64,000 nucleotides of DNA from Tubulanus polymorphus (taxonomy: Eukaryota > Animalia > Nemertea). The notes beneath the pieces were generated by a model, which saw only the letters and a list, made by a program, of their open reading frames with translations, made no database searches and had not been told where the DNA came from. The translations under genes and the position numbers were made by a program. Position 1 is the stretch's first letter. Each line of letters starts with the position of its first letter. Of this stretch, positions 42,101-54,799 are shown piece by piece. Location: the NCBI RefSeq assembly GCF_964204645.1, contig NC_134031.1, positions 21,422,017-21,486,016 on the forward strand, in the 5' to 3' direction.

Positions 42101-45100
42101 AGGTGGAAAGATTAAGAATTTCCTGGCTATTTATGCTCCTGAAGATGATGGACTCGATCTGAAATGATAGGTTAAGGTAAACTGAACTGATTTCGAGTAG
42201 ATGGACTGAAAGATACAGATTTTTCTTGCAAAATAAGGTCCTAAAGATGATGAATTCTATCTTAATTGATGGGTTAGGGTGTACTGAACTGATTTCAAAT
42301 AGATAGGTTGAAAGAATCAGAATTTTCTGGCTGCTTTTGGTTCTGAAGATGATGGATTCAATCTGAAAAGATGTGTTAAGGCGTATTGAACTGATTTCGA
42401 ATAGATAGGTGGAAAGATTAAGAATTTTCTGGCTATTTATGCTCCTGAAGATGATGGACTCGATCTGAAATGATAGGTTATGGTAAACTGAACTGATTTC
42501 GAGTAGATGGACTGAAAGATACAGATTTTTCTTGCAAAATAGGGTCCTAAAGATGATGAATTCTATCTTAATTGATGGGTTAGGGTGTACTGAACTGATT
42601 TCAAATAGATAGGTTGAAAGAATCAGAATTTTCTGGCTGCTTTTGGTTCTGAAGATGATGGATTCAATCTGAAAAGATGTGTTAAGGCGTATTGAACTGA
42701 TTTCAAATAGATAGGTGGAAAGATTAAGAATTTTCTGGCTATTTATGCTCCTGAAGATGATGGACTCGATCTGAAATGATAGGTTAAGGTAGACTGAACT
42801 GATTTCGAGTAGATGGACTGAAAGATACAGATTTTTCTTGCAAAATAGGGTCCTAAAGATGATGAGTTCTATCTTAATTGATGGGTTAGGGTGTACTGAA
42901 CTGATTTCAAATAGATAGGTGGAAAGATTAAGAATTTTCTGGCTATTTATGCTCCTGAAGATGATGGACTCGATCTGAAATGATAGGTTAAGGTAAACTG
43001 AACTGATTTCGAATAGATGGACTGAAAGATACAGATTTTTCTTGCAAAATAGGGTCCTAAAGATGATGAATTCTATCTTAATTGATGGGTTAGGGTGTAC
43101 TGAACTGATTTCAAATAGATAGGTTGAAAGATTAAGAATTTTCTGGCTGCTTTTGGTTCTGAAGATGATGGATTCAATCTGAAAAGATGTGTTAAGGCGT
43201 ATTGAACTGATTTCGAATAGATAGGTGGAAAGATTAAGAATTTTCTGGCTATTTATGCTCCTGAAGATGATGGACTCGATCTGAAATGATAGGTTATGGT
43301 AAACTGAACTGATTTCGAGTAGATGGACTGAAAGATACAGATTTTTCTTGCAAAATAGGGTCCTAAAGATGATGAATTCTATCTTAATTGATGGGTTAGG
43401 GTGTACTGAACTGATTTCAAATAGATAGGTTGAAAGAATCAGAATTTTCTGGCTGCTTTTGGTTCTGAAGATGATGGATTCAATCTGAAAAGATGTGTTA
43501 AGGCGTATTGAACTGATTTCAAATAGATAGGTGGAAAGATTAAGAATTTTCTGGCTATTTATGCTCCTGAAGATGATGGACTCGATCTGAAATGATAGGT
43601 TAAGGTAGACTGAACTGATTTCGAGTAGATGGACTGAAAGATACAGATTTTTCTTGCAAAATAGGGTCCTAAAGATGATGAATTCTATCTTAATTGATGG
43701 GTTAGGGTGAACTGAACTGATTTCAAATAGATAGGTGGAAAGAATCAGAATTTTCTGGCTGCCTTTGGTTCTGAAGATGATGGACTCAATCTGAAAAGAT
43801 AGGCTAAGGCGTATTGAACTGATTTCAAATAGATAGGTGGAAAGATTAAGAATTTTCTGGCTATTTATGCTCCTGAAGATGATGGACTCGATCTGAAATG
43901 ATAGGTTAAGGTAAACTGAACTGATTTCGAGTAGATGGACTGAAAGATACAGATTTTTCTTGCAAAATAGGGTCCTAAAGATGATGAATTCTATCTTAAT
44001 TGATGGGTTAGGGTGTACTGAACTGATTTCAAATAGATAGGTTGAAAGAATCAGAATTTTCTGGCTGCTTTTGGTTCTGAAGATGATGGATTCAATCTGA
44101 AAAGATGTGTTAAGGCGTATTGAACTGATTTCAAATAGATAGGTGGAAAGATTAAGAATTTCCTGGCTATTTATGCTCCTGAAGATGATGGACTCGATCT
44201 GAAATGATAGGTTAAGGTAAACTGAACTGATTTCGAGTAGATGGACTGAAAGATACAGATTTTTCTTGCAAAATAGGGTCCTAAAGATGATGAATTCTAT
44301 ATTAATTGATGGGTTAGGGTGTACTGAACTGATTTCAAATAGATAGGTTGAAAGAATCAGAATTTTCTGGCTGCTTTTGGTTCTGAAGATGATGGATTCA
44401 ATCTGAAAAGATGTGTTAAGGCGTATTGAACTGATTTCAAATAGATAGGTGGAAAGATTAAGAATTTTTCTGGCTATTTATGCTCCTGAAGATGATGGAC
44501 TCGATCTGAAATGATAGGTTAAGGTAGACTGAACTGATTTCGAGTAGATGGACTGAAAGATACAGATTTTTCTTGCAAAATAGGGTCCTAAAGATGATGA
44601 GTTCTATCTTAATTGATGGGTTAGGGTGTACTGAACTGATTTCAAATAGATAGGTGGAAAGATTAAGAATTTTCTGGCTATTTATGCTCCTGAAGATGAT
44701 GGACTCGATCTGAAATGATAGGTTAAGGTAAACTGAACTGATTTCGAGTAGATGGACTGAAAGATACAGATTTTTCTTGCAAAATAGGGTCCTAAAGATG
44801 ATGAATTCTATCTTAATTGATGGGTTAGGGTGAACTGAACTGATTTCAAATAGATAGGTGGAAAGAATCAGAATTTTCTGGCTGCCTTTGGTTCTGAAGA
44901 TGATGGACTCAATCTGAAAAGATGGGCTAAGGCGTATTGAACTGATTTCAAATAGATAGGTGGAAAGATTAAGAATTTTCTGGCTATTTATGCTCCTGAA
45001 GATGATGGACTCGATCTGAAATGATAGGTTAAGGTAAACTGAACTGATTTCGAGTAGATGGACTGAAAGATACAGATTTTTCTTGCAAAATAGGGTCCTA

Positions 45101-48100
45101 AAGATGATGAATTCTATCTTAATTGATGGGTTAGGGTGTACTGAACTGATTTCAAATGGATAGATGGAAAGATTAAGAATTTTCTGGCTATTTATGCTCC
45201 TGAAGATGATGGACTCGATCTGAAATGATAGGTTAAGGTAAACTGAACTGATTTCGAGTAAATGGACTGAAAGATACAGATTTTTCTTGCAAAATAGGGT
45301 CCTAAAGATGATGAATTCTATCTTAATTGATGGGTTAGGGTGAACTGAATTGATTTCAAATAGATAGGTGGAAAGAATCAGAATTTTCTGGCTGCCTTTG
45401 GTTCTGAAGATGATGGACTCAATCTGAAAAGATGTGTTAAGGCGTATTGAACTGATTTCAAATAGATAGGTGGAAAGATTAAGAATTTCCTGGCTATTTA
45501 TGCTCCTGAAGATGATGGACTCGATCTGAAATGATAGGTTAAGGTAAACTGAACTGATTTCGAGTAGATGGACTGAAAGATACAGATTTTTCTTGCAAAA
45601 TAAGGTCCTAAAGATGATGAATTCTATCTTAATTGATGGGTTAGGGTGTACTGAACTGATTTCAAATAGATAGGTTGAAAGAATCAGAATTTTCTGGCTG
45701 CTTTTGGTTCTGAAGATGATGGATTCAATCTGAAAAGATGTGTTAAGGCGTATTGAACTGATTTCGAATAGATAGGTGGAAAGATTAAGAATTTTCTGGC
45801 TATTTATGCTCCTGAAGATGATGGACTCGATCTGAAATGATAGGTTATGGTAAACTGAACTGATTTCGAGTAGATGGACTGAAAGATACAGATTTTTCTT
45901 GCAAAATAGGGTCCTAAAGATGATGAATTCTATCTTAATTGATGGGTTAGGGTGTACTGAACTGATTTCAAATAGATAGGTTGAAAGAATCAGAATTTTC
46001 TGGCTGCTTTTGGTTCTGAAGATGATGGATTCAATCTGAAAAGATGTGTTAAGGCGTATTGAACTGATTTCAAATAGATAGGTGGAAAGATTAAGAATTT
46101 TCTGGCTATTTATGCTCCTGAAGATGATGGACTCGATCTGAAATGATAGGTTAAGGTAGACTGAACTGATTTCGAGTAGATGGACTGAAAGATACAGATT
46201 TTTCTTGCAAAATAGGGTCCTAAAGATGATGAATTCTATCTTAATTGATGGGTTAGGGTGAACTGAACTGATTTCAAATAGATACGTGGAAAGATTAAGA
46301 ATTTTCTGGCTATTTATGCTCCTGAAGATGATGGACTCGATCTGAAATGATAGGTTAAGGTAAACTGAACTGATTTCGAGTAGATGGACTGAAAGATACA
46401 GATTTTTCTTGCAAAATAGGGTCCTAAAGATGATGAATTCTATCTTAATTGATGGGTTAGGGTGTACTGAACTGATTTCAAATAGATAGGTTGAAAGAAT
46501 CAGAATTTTCTGGCTGCTTTTGGTTCTGAAGATGATGGATTCAATCTGAAAAGATGTGTTAAGGCGTATTGAACTGATTTCGAATAGATAGGTGGAAAGA
46601 TTAAGAATTTTCTGGCTATTTATGCTCCTGAAGATGATGGACTCGATCTGAAATGATAGGTTATGGTAAACTGAACTGATTTCGAGTAGATGGACTGAAA
46701 GATACAGATTTTTCTTGCAAAATAGGGTCCTAAAGATGATGAATTCTATCTTAATTGATGGGTTAGGGTGTACTGAACTGATTTCAAATAGATAGGTTGA
46801 AAGAATCAGAATTTTCTGGCTGCTTTTGGTTCTGAAGATGATGGATTCAATCTGAAAAGATGTGTTAAGGCGTATTGAACTGATTTCAAATAGATAGGTG
46901 GAAAGATTAAGAATTTTCTGGCTATTTATGCTCCTGAAGATGATGGACTCGATCTGAAATGATAGGTTAAGGTAGACTGAACTGATTTCGAGTAGATGGA
47001 CTGAAAGATACAGATTTTTCTTGCAAAATAGGGTCCTAAAGATGATGAGTTCTATCTTAATTGATGGGTTAGGGTGTACTGAACTGATTTCAAATAGATA
47101 GGTGGAAAGATTAAGAATTTTCTGGCTATTTATGCTCCTGAAGATGATGGACTCGATCTGAAATGATAGGTTAAGGTAAACTGAACTGATTTCGAATCGA
47201 TGGACTGAAAGATACAGATTTTTCTTGCAAAATAGGGTCCTAAAGATGATGAATTCTATCTTAATTGATGGGTTAGGGTGTACTGAACTGATTTCAAATA
47301 GATAGGTTGAAAGATTAAGAATTTTCTGGCTGCTTTTGGTTCTGAAGATGATGGATTCAATCTGAAAAGATGTGTTAAGGCGTATTGAACTGATTTCGAA
47401 TAGATAGGTGGAAAGATTAAGAATTTTCTGGCTATTTATGCTCCTGAAGATGATGGACTCGATCTGAAATGATAGGTTATGGTAAACTGAACTGATTTCG
47501 AGTAGATGGACTGAAAGATACAGATTTTTCTTGCAAAATAGGGTCCTAAAGATGATGAATTCTATCTTAATTGATGGGTTAGGGTGTACTGAACTGATTT
47601 CAAATAGATAGGTTGAAAGAATCAGAATTTTCTGGCTGCTTTTGGTTCTGAAGATGATGGATTCAATCTGAAAAGATGTGTTAAGGCGTATTGAACTGAT
47701 TTCAAATAGATAGGTGGAAAGATTAAGAATTTTCTGGCTATTTATGCTCCTGAAGATGATGGACTCGATCTGAAATGATAGGTTAAGGTAGACTGAACTG
47801 ATTTCGAGTAGATGGACTGAAAGATACAGATTTTTCTTGCAAAATAGGGTCCTAAAGATGATGAATTCTATCTTAATTGATGGGTTAGGGTGAACTGAAC
47901 TGATTTCAAATAGATAGGTGGAAAGAATCAGAATTTTCTGGCTGCCTTTGGTTCTGAAGATGATGGACTCAATCTGAAAAGATAGGCTAAGGCGTATTGA
48001 ACTGATTTCAAATAGATAGGTGGAAAGATTAAGAATTTTCTGGCTATTTATGCTCCTGAAGATGATGGACTCGATCTGAAATGATAGGTTAAGGTAAACT

Positions 48101-51100
48101 GAACTGATTTCGAGTAGATGGACTGAAAGATACAGATTTTTCTTGCAAAATAGGGTCCTAAAGATGATGAATTCTATCTTAATTGATGGGTTAGGGTGTA
48201 CTGAACTGATTTCAAATAGATAGGTTGAAAGAATCAGAATTTTCTGGCTGCTTTTGGTTCTGAAGATGATGGATTCAATCTGAAAAGATGTGTTAAGGCG
48301 TATTGAACTGATTTCAAATAGATAGGTGGAAAGATTAAGAATTTCCTGGCTATTTATGCTCCTGAAGATGATGGACTCGATCTGAAATGATAGGTTAAGG
48401 TAAACTGAACTGATTTCGAGTAGATGGACTGAAAGATACAGATTTTTCTTGCAAAATAGGGTCCTAAAGATGATGAATTCTATATTAATTGATGGGTTAG
48501 GGTGTACTGAACTGATTTCAAATAGATAGGTTGAAAGAATCAGAATTTTCTGGCTGCTTTTGGTTCTGAAGATGATGGATTCAATCTGAAAAGATGTGTT
48601 AAGGCGTATTGAACTGATTTCAAATAGATAGGTGGAAAGATTAAGAATTTTTCTGGCTATTTATGCTCCTGAAGATGATGGACTCGATCTGAAATGATAG
48701 GTTAAGGTAGACTGAACTGATTTCGAGTAGATGGACTGAAAGATACAGATTTTTCTTGCAAAATAGGGTCCTAAAGATGATGAGTTCTATCTTAATTGAT
48801 GGGTTAGGGTGTACTGAACTGATTTCAAATAGATAGGTGGAAAGATTAAGAATTTTCTGGCTATTTATGCTCCTGAAGATGATGGACTCGATCTGAAATG
48901 ATAGGTTAAGGTAAACTGAACTGATTTCGAGTAGATGGACTGAAAGATACAGATTTTTCTTGCAAAATAGGGTCCTAAAGATGATGAATTCTATCTTAAT
49001 TGATGGGTTAGGGTGAACTGAACTGATTTCAAATAGATAGGTGGAAAGAATCAGAATTTTCTGGCTGCCTTTGGTTCTGAAGATGATGGACTCAATCTGA
49101 AAAGATGGGCTAAGGCGTATTGAACTGATTTCAAATAGATAGGTGGAAAGATTAAGAATTTTCTGGCTATTTATGCTCCTGAAGATGATGGACTCGATCT
49201 GAAATGATAGGTTAAGGTAAACTGAACTGATTTCGAGTAGATGGACTGAAAGATACAGATTTTTCTTGCAAAATAGGGTCCTAAAGATGATGAATTCTAT
49301 CTTAATTGATGGGTTAGGGTGTACTGAACTGATTTCAAATGGATAGATGGAAAGATTAAGAATTTTCTGGCTATTTATGCTCCTGAAGATGATGGACTCG
49401 ATCTGAAATGATAGGTTAAGGTAAACTGAACTGATTTCGAGTAAATGGACTGAAAGATACAGATTTTTCTTGCAAAATAGGGTCCTAAAGATGATGAATT
49501 CTATCTTAATTGATGGGTTAGGGTGAACTGAATTGATTTCAAATAGATAGGTGGAAAGAATCAGAATTTTCTGGCTGCCTTTGGTTCTGAAGATGATGGA
49601 CTCAATCTGAAAAGATGTGTTAAGGCGTATTGAACTGATTTCAAATAGATAGGTGGAAAGATTAAGAATTTCCTGGCTATTTATGCTCCTGAAGATGATG
49701 GACTCGATCTGAAATGATAGGTTAAGGTAAACTGAACTGATTTCGAGTAGATGGACTGAAAGATACAGATTTTTCTTGCAAAATAAGGTCCTAAAGATGA
49801 TGAATTCTATCTTAATTGATGGGTTAGGGTGTACTGAACTGATTTCAAATAGATAGGTTGAAAGAATCAGAATTTTCTGGCTGCTTTTGGTTCTGAAGAT
49901 GATGGATTCAATCTGAAAAGATGTGTTAAGGCGTATTGAACTGATTTCGAATAGATAGGTGGAAAGATTAAGAATTTTCTGGCTATTTATGCTCCTGAAG
50001 ATGATGGACTCGATCTGAAATGATAGGTTATGGTAAACTGAACTGATTTCGAGTAGATGGACTGAAAGATACAGATTTTTCTTGCAAAATAGGGTCCTAA
50101 AGATGATGAATTCTATCTTAATTGATGGGTTAGGGTGTACTGAACTGATTTCAAATAGATAGGTTGAAAGAATCAGAATTTTCTGGCTGCTTTTGGTTCT
50201 GAAGATGATGGATTCAATCTGAAAAGATGTGTTAAGGCGTATTGAACTGATTTCAAATAGATAGGTGGAAAGATTAAGAATTTTCTGGCTATTTATGCTC
50301 CTGAAGATGATGGACTCGATCTGAAATGATAGGTTAAGGTAGACTGAACTGATTTCGAGTAGATGGACTGAAAGATACAGATTTTTCTTGCAAAATAGGG
50401 TCCTAAAGATGATGAATTCTATCTTAATTGATGGGTTAGGGTGAACTGAACTGATTTCAAATAGATACGTGGAAAGATTAAGAATTTTCTGGCTATTTAT
50501 GCTCCTGAAGATGATGGACTCGATCTGAAATGATAGGTTAAGGTAAACTGAACTGATTTCGAGTAGATGGACTGAAAGATACAGATTTTTCTTGCAAAAT
50601 AGGGTCCTAAAGATGATGAATTCTATCTTAATTGATGGGTTAGGGTGTACTGAACTGATTTCAAATAGATAGGTTGAAAGAATCAGAATTTTCTGGCTGC
50701 TTTTGGTTCTGAAGATGATGGATTCAATCTGAATAGATGTGTTAAGGCGTATTGAACTGATTTCAAATAGATAGGTGGAAAGATTAAGAATTTCCTGGCT
50801 ATTTATGCTCCTGAAGATGATGGACTCGATCTGAAATGATAGGTTAAGGTAAACTGAACTGATTTCGAGTAGATGGACTGAAAGATACAGATTTTTCTTG
50901 CAAAATAGGGTCCTAAAGATGATGAATTCTATATTAATTGATGGGTTAGGGTGTACTGAACTGATTTCAAATAGATAGGTTGAAAGAATCAGAATTTTCT
51001 GGCTGCTTTTGGTTCTGAAGATGATGGATTCAATCTGAAAAGATGTGTTAAGGCGTATTGAACTGATTTCAAATAGATAGGTGGAAAGATTAAGAATTTT

Positions 51101-52700
51101 TCTGGCTATTTATGCTCCTGAAGATGATGGACTCGATCTGAAATGATAGGTTAAGGTAGACTGAACTGATTTCGAGTAGATGGACTGAAAGATACAGATT
51201 TTTCTTGCAAAATAGGGTCCTAAAGATGATGAGTTCTATCTTAATTGATGGGTTAGGGTGTACTGAACTGATTTCAAATAGATAGGTGGAAAGATTAAGA
51301 ATTTTCTGGCTATTTATGCTCCTGAAGATGATGGACTCGATCTGAAATGATAGGTTAAGGTAGACTGAACTGATTTCGAGTAGATGGACTGAAAGATACA
51401 GATTTTTCTTGCAAAATAGGGTCCTAAAGATGATGAGTTCTATCTTAATTGATGGGTTAGGGTGTACTGAACTGATTTCAAATAGATAGGTGGAAAGATT
51501 AAGAATTTTCTGGCTATTTATGCTCCTGAAGATGATGGACTCGATCTGAAATGATAGGTTAAGGTAAACTGAACTGATTTCGAATAGATGGACTGAAAGA
51601 TACAGATTTTTCTTGCAAAATAGGGTCCTAAAGATGATGAATTCTATCTTAATTGATGGGTTAGGGTGAACTGAACTGATTTCAAATAGATAGGTGGAAA
51701 GAATCAGAATTTTCTGGCTGCCTTTGGTTCTGAAGATGATGGACTCGATCTGAAATGATAGGTTAAGGTAGACTGAACTGATTTCGAGTAGATGGACTGA
51801 AAGATACAGATTTTTCTTGCAAAATAGGGTCCTAAAGATGATGAATTCTATCTTAATTGATGGGTTAGGGTGAACTGAACTGATTTCAAATAGATACGTG
51901 GAAAGATTAAGAATTTTCTGGCTATTTATGCTCCTGAAGATGATGGACTCGATCTGAAATGATAGGTTAAGGTAAACTGAACTGATTTCGAGTAGATGGA
52001 CTGAAAGATACAGATTTTTCTTGCAAAATAGGGTCCTAAAGATGATGAATTCTATCTTAATTGATGGGTTAGGGTGTACTGAACTGATTTCAAATAGATA
52101 GGTTGAAAGAATCAGAATTTTCTGGCTGCTTTTGGTTCTGAAGATGATGGATTCAATCTGAAAAGATGTGTTAAGGCGTATTGAACTGATTTCAAATAGA
52201 TAGGTGGAAAGATTAAGAATTTCCTGGCTATTTATGCTCCTGAAGATGATGGACTCGATCTGAAATGATAGTTTAAGGTAAACTGAACTGATTTCGAGTA
52301 GATGGACTGAAAGATACAGATTTTTCTTGCAAAATAGGGTCCTAAAGATGATGAATTCTATATTAATTGATGGGTTAGGGTGTACTGAACTGATTTCAAA
52401 TAGATAGGTTGAAAGAATCAGAATTTTCTGGCTGCTTTTGGTTCTGAAGATGATGGATTCAATCTGAAAAGATGTGTTAAGGCGTATTGAACTGATTTCA
52501 AATAGATAGGTGGAAAGATTAAGAATTTTTCTGGCTATTTATGCTCCTGAAGATGATGGACTCGATCTGAAATGATAGGTTAAGGTAGACTGAACTGATT
52601 TCGAGTAGATGGACTGAAAGATACAGATTTTTCTTGCAAAATAGGGTCCTAAAGATGATGAGTTCTATCTTAATTGATGGGTTAGGGTGTACTGAACTGA
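39120..52700. repeat. Higher-order repeat domain with periods 3367 bp (33 monomers + 1) and 4183 bp (41 + 1), decaying into shorter units
   Basis: +T at 41098, 44465, 48648, 51097 and 52526. AAATGGATAGATGG at 41791, 45158 and 49341. GATACGTGG at 46285, 50468 and 51897. GAGTAAATGG and AAATAAGGTCC recur in register. Confidence 0.9.
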
Positions 52701-54799
52701 TTTCAAATAGATAGGTGGAAAGATTAAGAATTTTCTGGCTATTTATGCTCCTGAAGATGATGGACTCGATCTGAAATGATAGGTTAAGGTAAACTGAACT
52801 GATTTCGAATAGATGGACTGAAAGATACAGATTTTTCTTGCAAAATAGGGTCCTAAAGATGATGAATTCTATCTTAATTGATGGGTTAGGGTGAACTGAA
52901 CTGATTTCAAATAGATAGGTGGAAAGAATCAGAATTTTCTGGCTGCCTTTGGTTCTGAAGATGATGGACTCAATCTGAAAAGATGGGCTAAGGCGTATTG
53001 AACTGATTTCAAATAGATAGGTGGAAAGATTAAGAATTTTCTGGCTATTTATGCTCCTGAAGATGATGGACTCGATCTGAAATGATAGGTTAAGGTAAAC
53101 TGAACTGATTTCGAGTAGATGGACTGAAAGATACAGATTTTTCTTGCAAAATAGGGTCCTAAAGATGATGAATTCTATCTTAATTGATGGGTTAGGGTGT
53201 ACTGAACTGATTTCAAATAGATAGGTTGAAAGATTAAGAATTTTCTGGCTGCTTTTGGTTCTGAAGATGATGGATTCAATCTGAAAAGATGTGTTAAGGC
53301 GTATTGAACTGATTTCGAATAGATAGGTGGAAAGATTAAGAATTTTCTGGCTATTTATGCTCCTGAAGATGATGGACTCGATCTGAAATGATAGGTTATG
53401 GTAAACTGAACTGATTTCGAGTAGATGGACTGAAAGATACAGATTTTTCTTGCAAAATAGGGTCCTAAAGATGATGAATTCTATCTTAATTGATGGGTTA
53501 GGGTGTACTCAACTGATTTCAAATAGATAGGTTGAAAGAATCAGAATTTTCTGGCTGCTTTTGGTTCTGAAGATGATGGATTCAATCTGAAAAGATGTGT
53601 TAAGGCGTATTGAACTGATTTCAAATAGATAGGTGGAAAGATTAAGAATTTTCTGGCTATTTATGCTCCTGAAGATGATGGACTCGATCTGAAATGATAG
53701 GTTAAGGTAGACTGAACTGATTTCGAGTAGATGGACTGAAAGATACAGATTTTTCTTGCAAAATAGGGTCCTAAAGATGATGAATTCTATCTTAATTGAT
53801 GGGTTAGGGTGAACTGAACTGATTTCAAATAGATAGGTGGAAAGAATCAGAATTTTCTGGCTGCCTTTGGTTCTGAAGATGATGGACTCAATCTGAAAAG
53901 ATGGGCTAAGGCGTATTGAACTGATTTCAAATAGATAGGTGGAAAGATTAAGAATTTTCTGGCTATTTATGCTCCTGAAGATGATGGACTCGATCTGAAA
54001 TGATAGGTTAAGGTAAACTGAACTGATTTCGAGCAGATGGACTGAAAGATACAGATTTTTCTTGCAAAATAGGGTCCTAAAGATGATGAGTTCTATCTTA
54101 ATTGATGGGTTAGGGTGTACTGAACTGATTTCAAATAGATAGGTGGAAAGAATCAGAATTTTCTGGCTGCTTTTGGTTCTGAAGATGATGGATTCAATCT
54201 GAAAAGATGGGTTAAGGCGTATTGAACTGATTTCAAATAGATAGGGGGAAAGATTAAGAATTTTCTGGCTATTTATGCTCCTGAAGATGATGGACTCGAT
54301 CTGAAATGATAGGTTAAGGTAGACTGAACTGATTTCGAGTAGATGGACTGAAAGATACAGATTTTTCTTGCAAAATAGGGTCCTAAAGATGATGAGTTCT
54401 ATCTTAATTGATGGGTTAGGGTGTACTGAACTGATTTCAAATAGATAGGTTGAAAGAATCAGAATTTTCTGGCTGCTTTTGGTTCTGAAGATGATGGATT
54501 CAATCTGAAAAGATGGGTTAAGGCGTATTGAACTGATGTCAAATAGATAGGTGGAAAGATTAAGAATTTTCTGGCTATTTATGCTCCTGAAGATGATGGA
54601 CTCGATCTGAAATGATAGGTTAAGGTAGACTGAACTGATTTCGAGTAGATGGACTGAAAGATACAGATTTTTCTTGCAAAATAGGGTCCTAAAGATGATG
54701 AATTCTATCTTAATTGATGGGTTAGGGTGAACTGAACTGATTTCAAATAGATGGGTGGAAAGAATCAGAATTTTCTGGCTGCCTTTGGTTCTGAAGATG

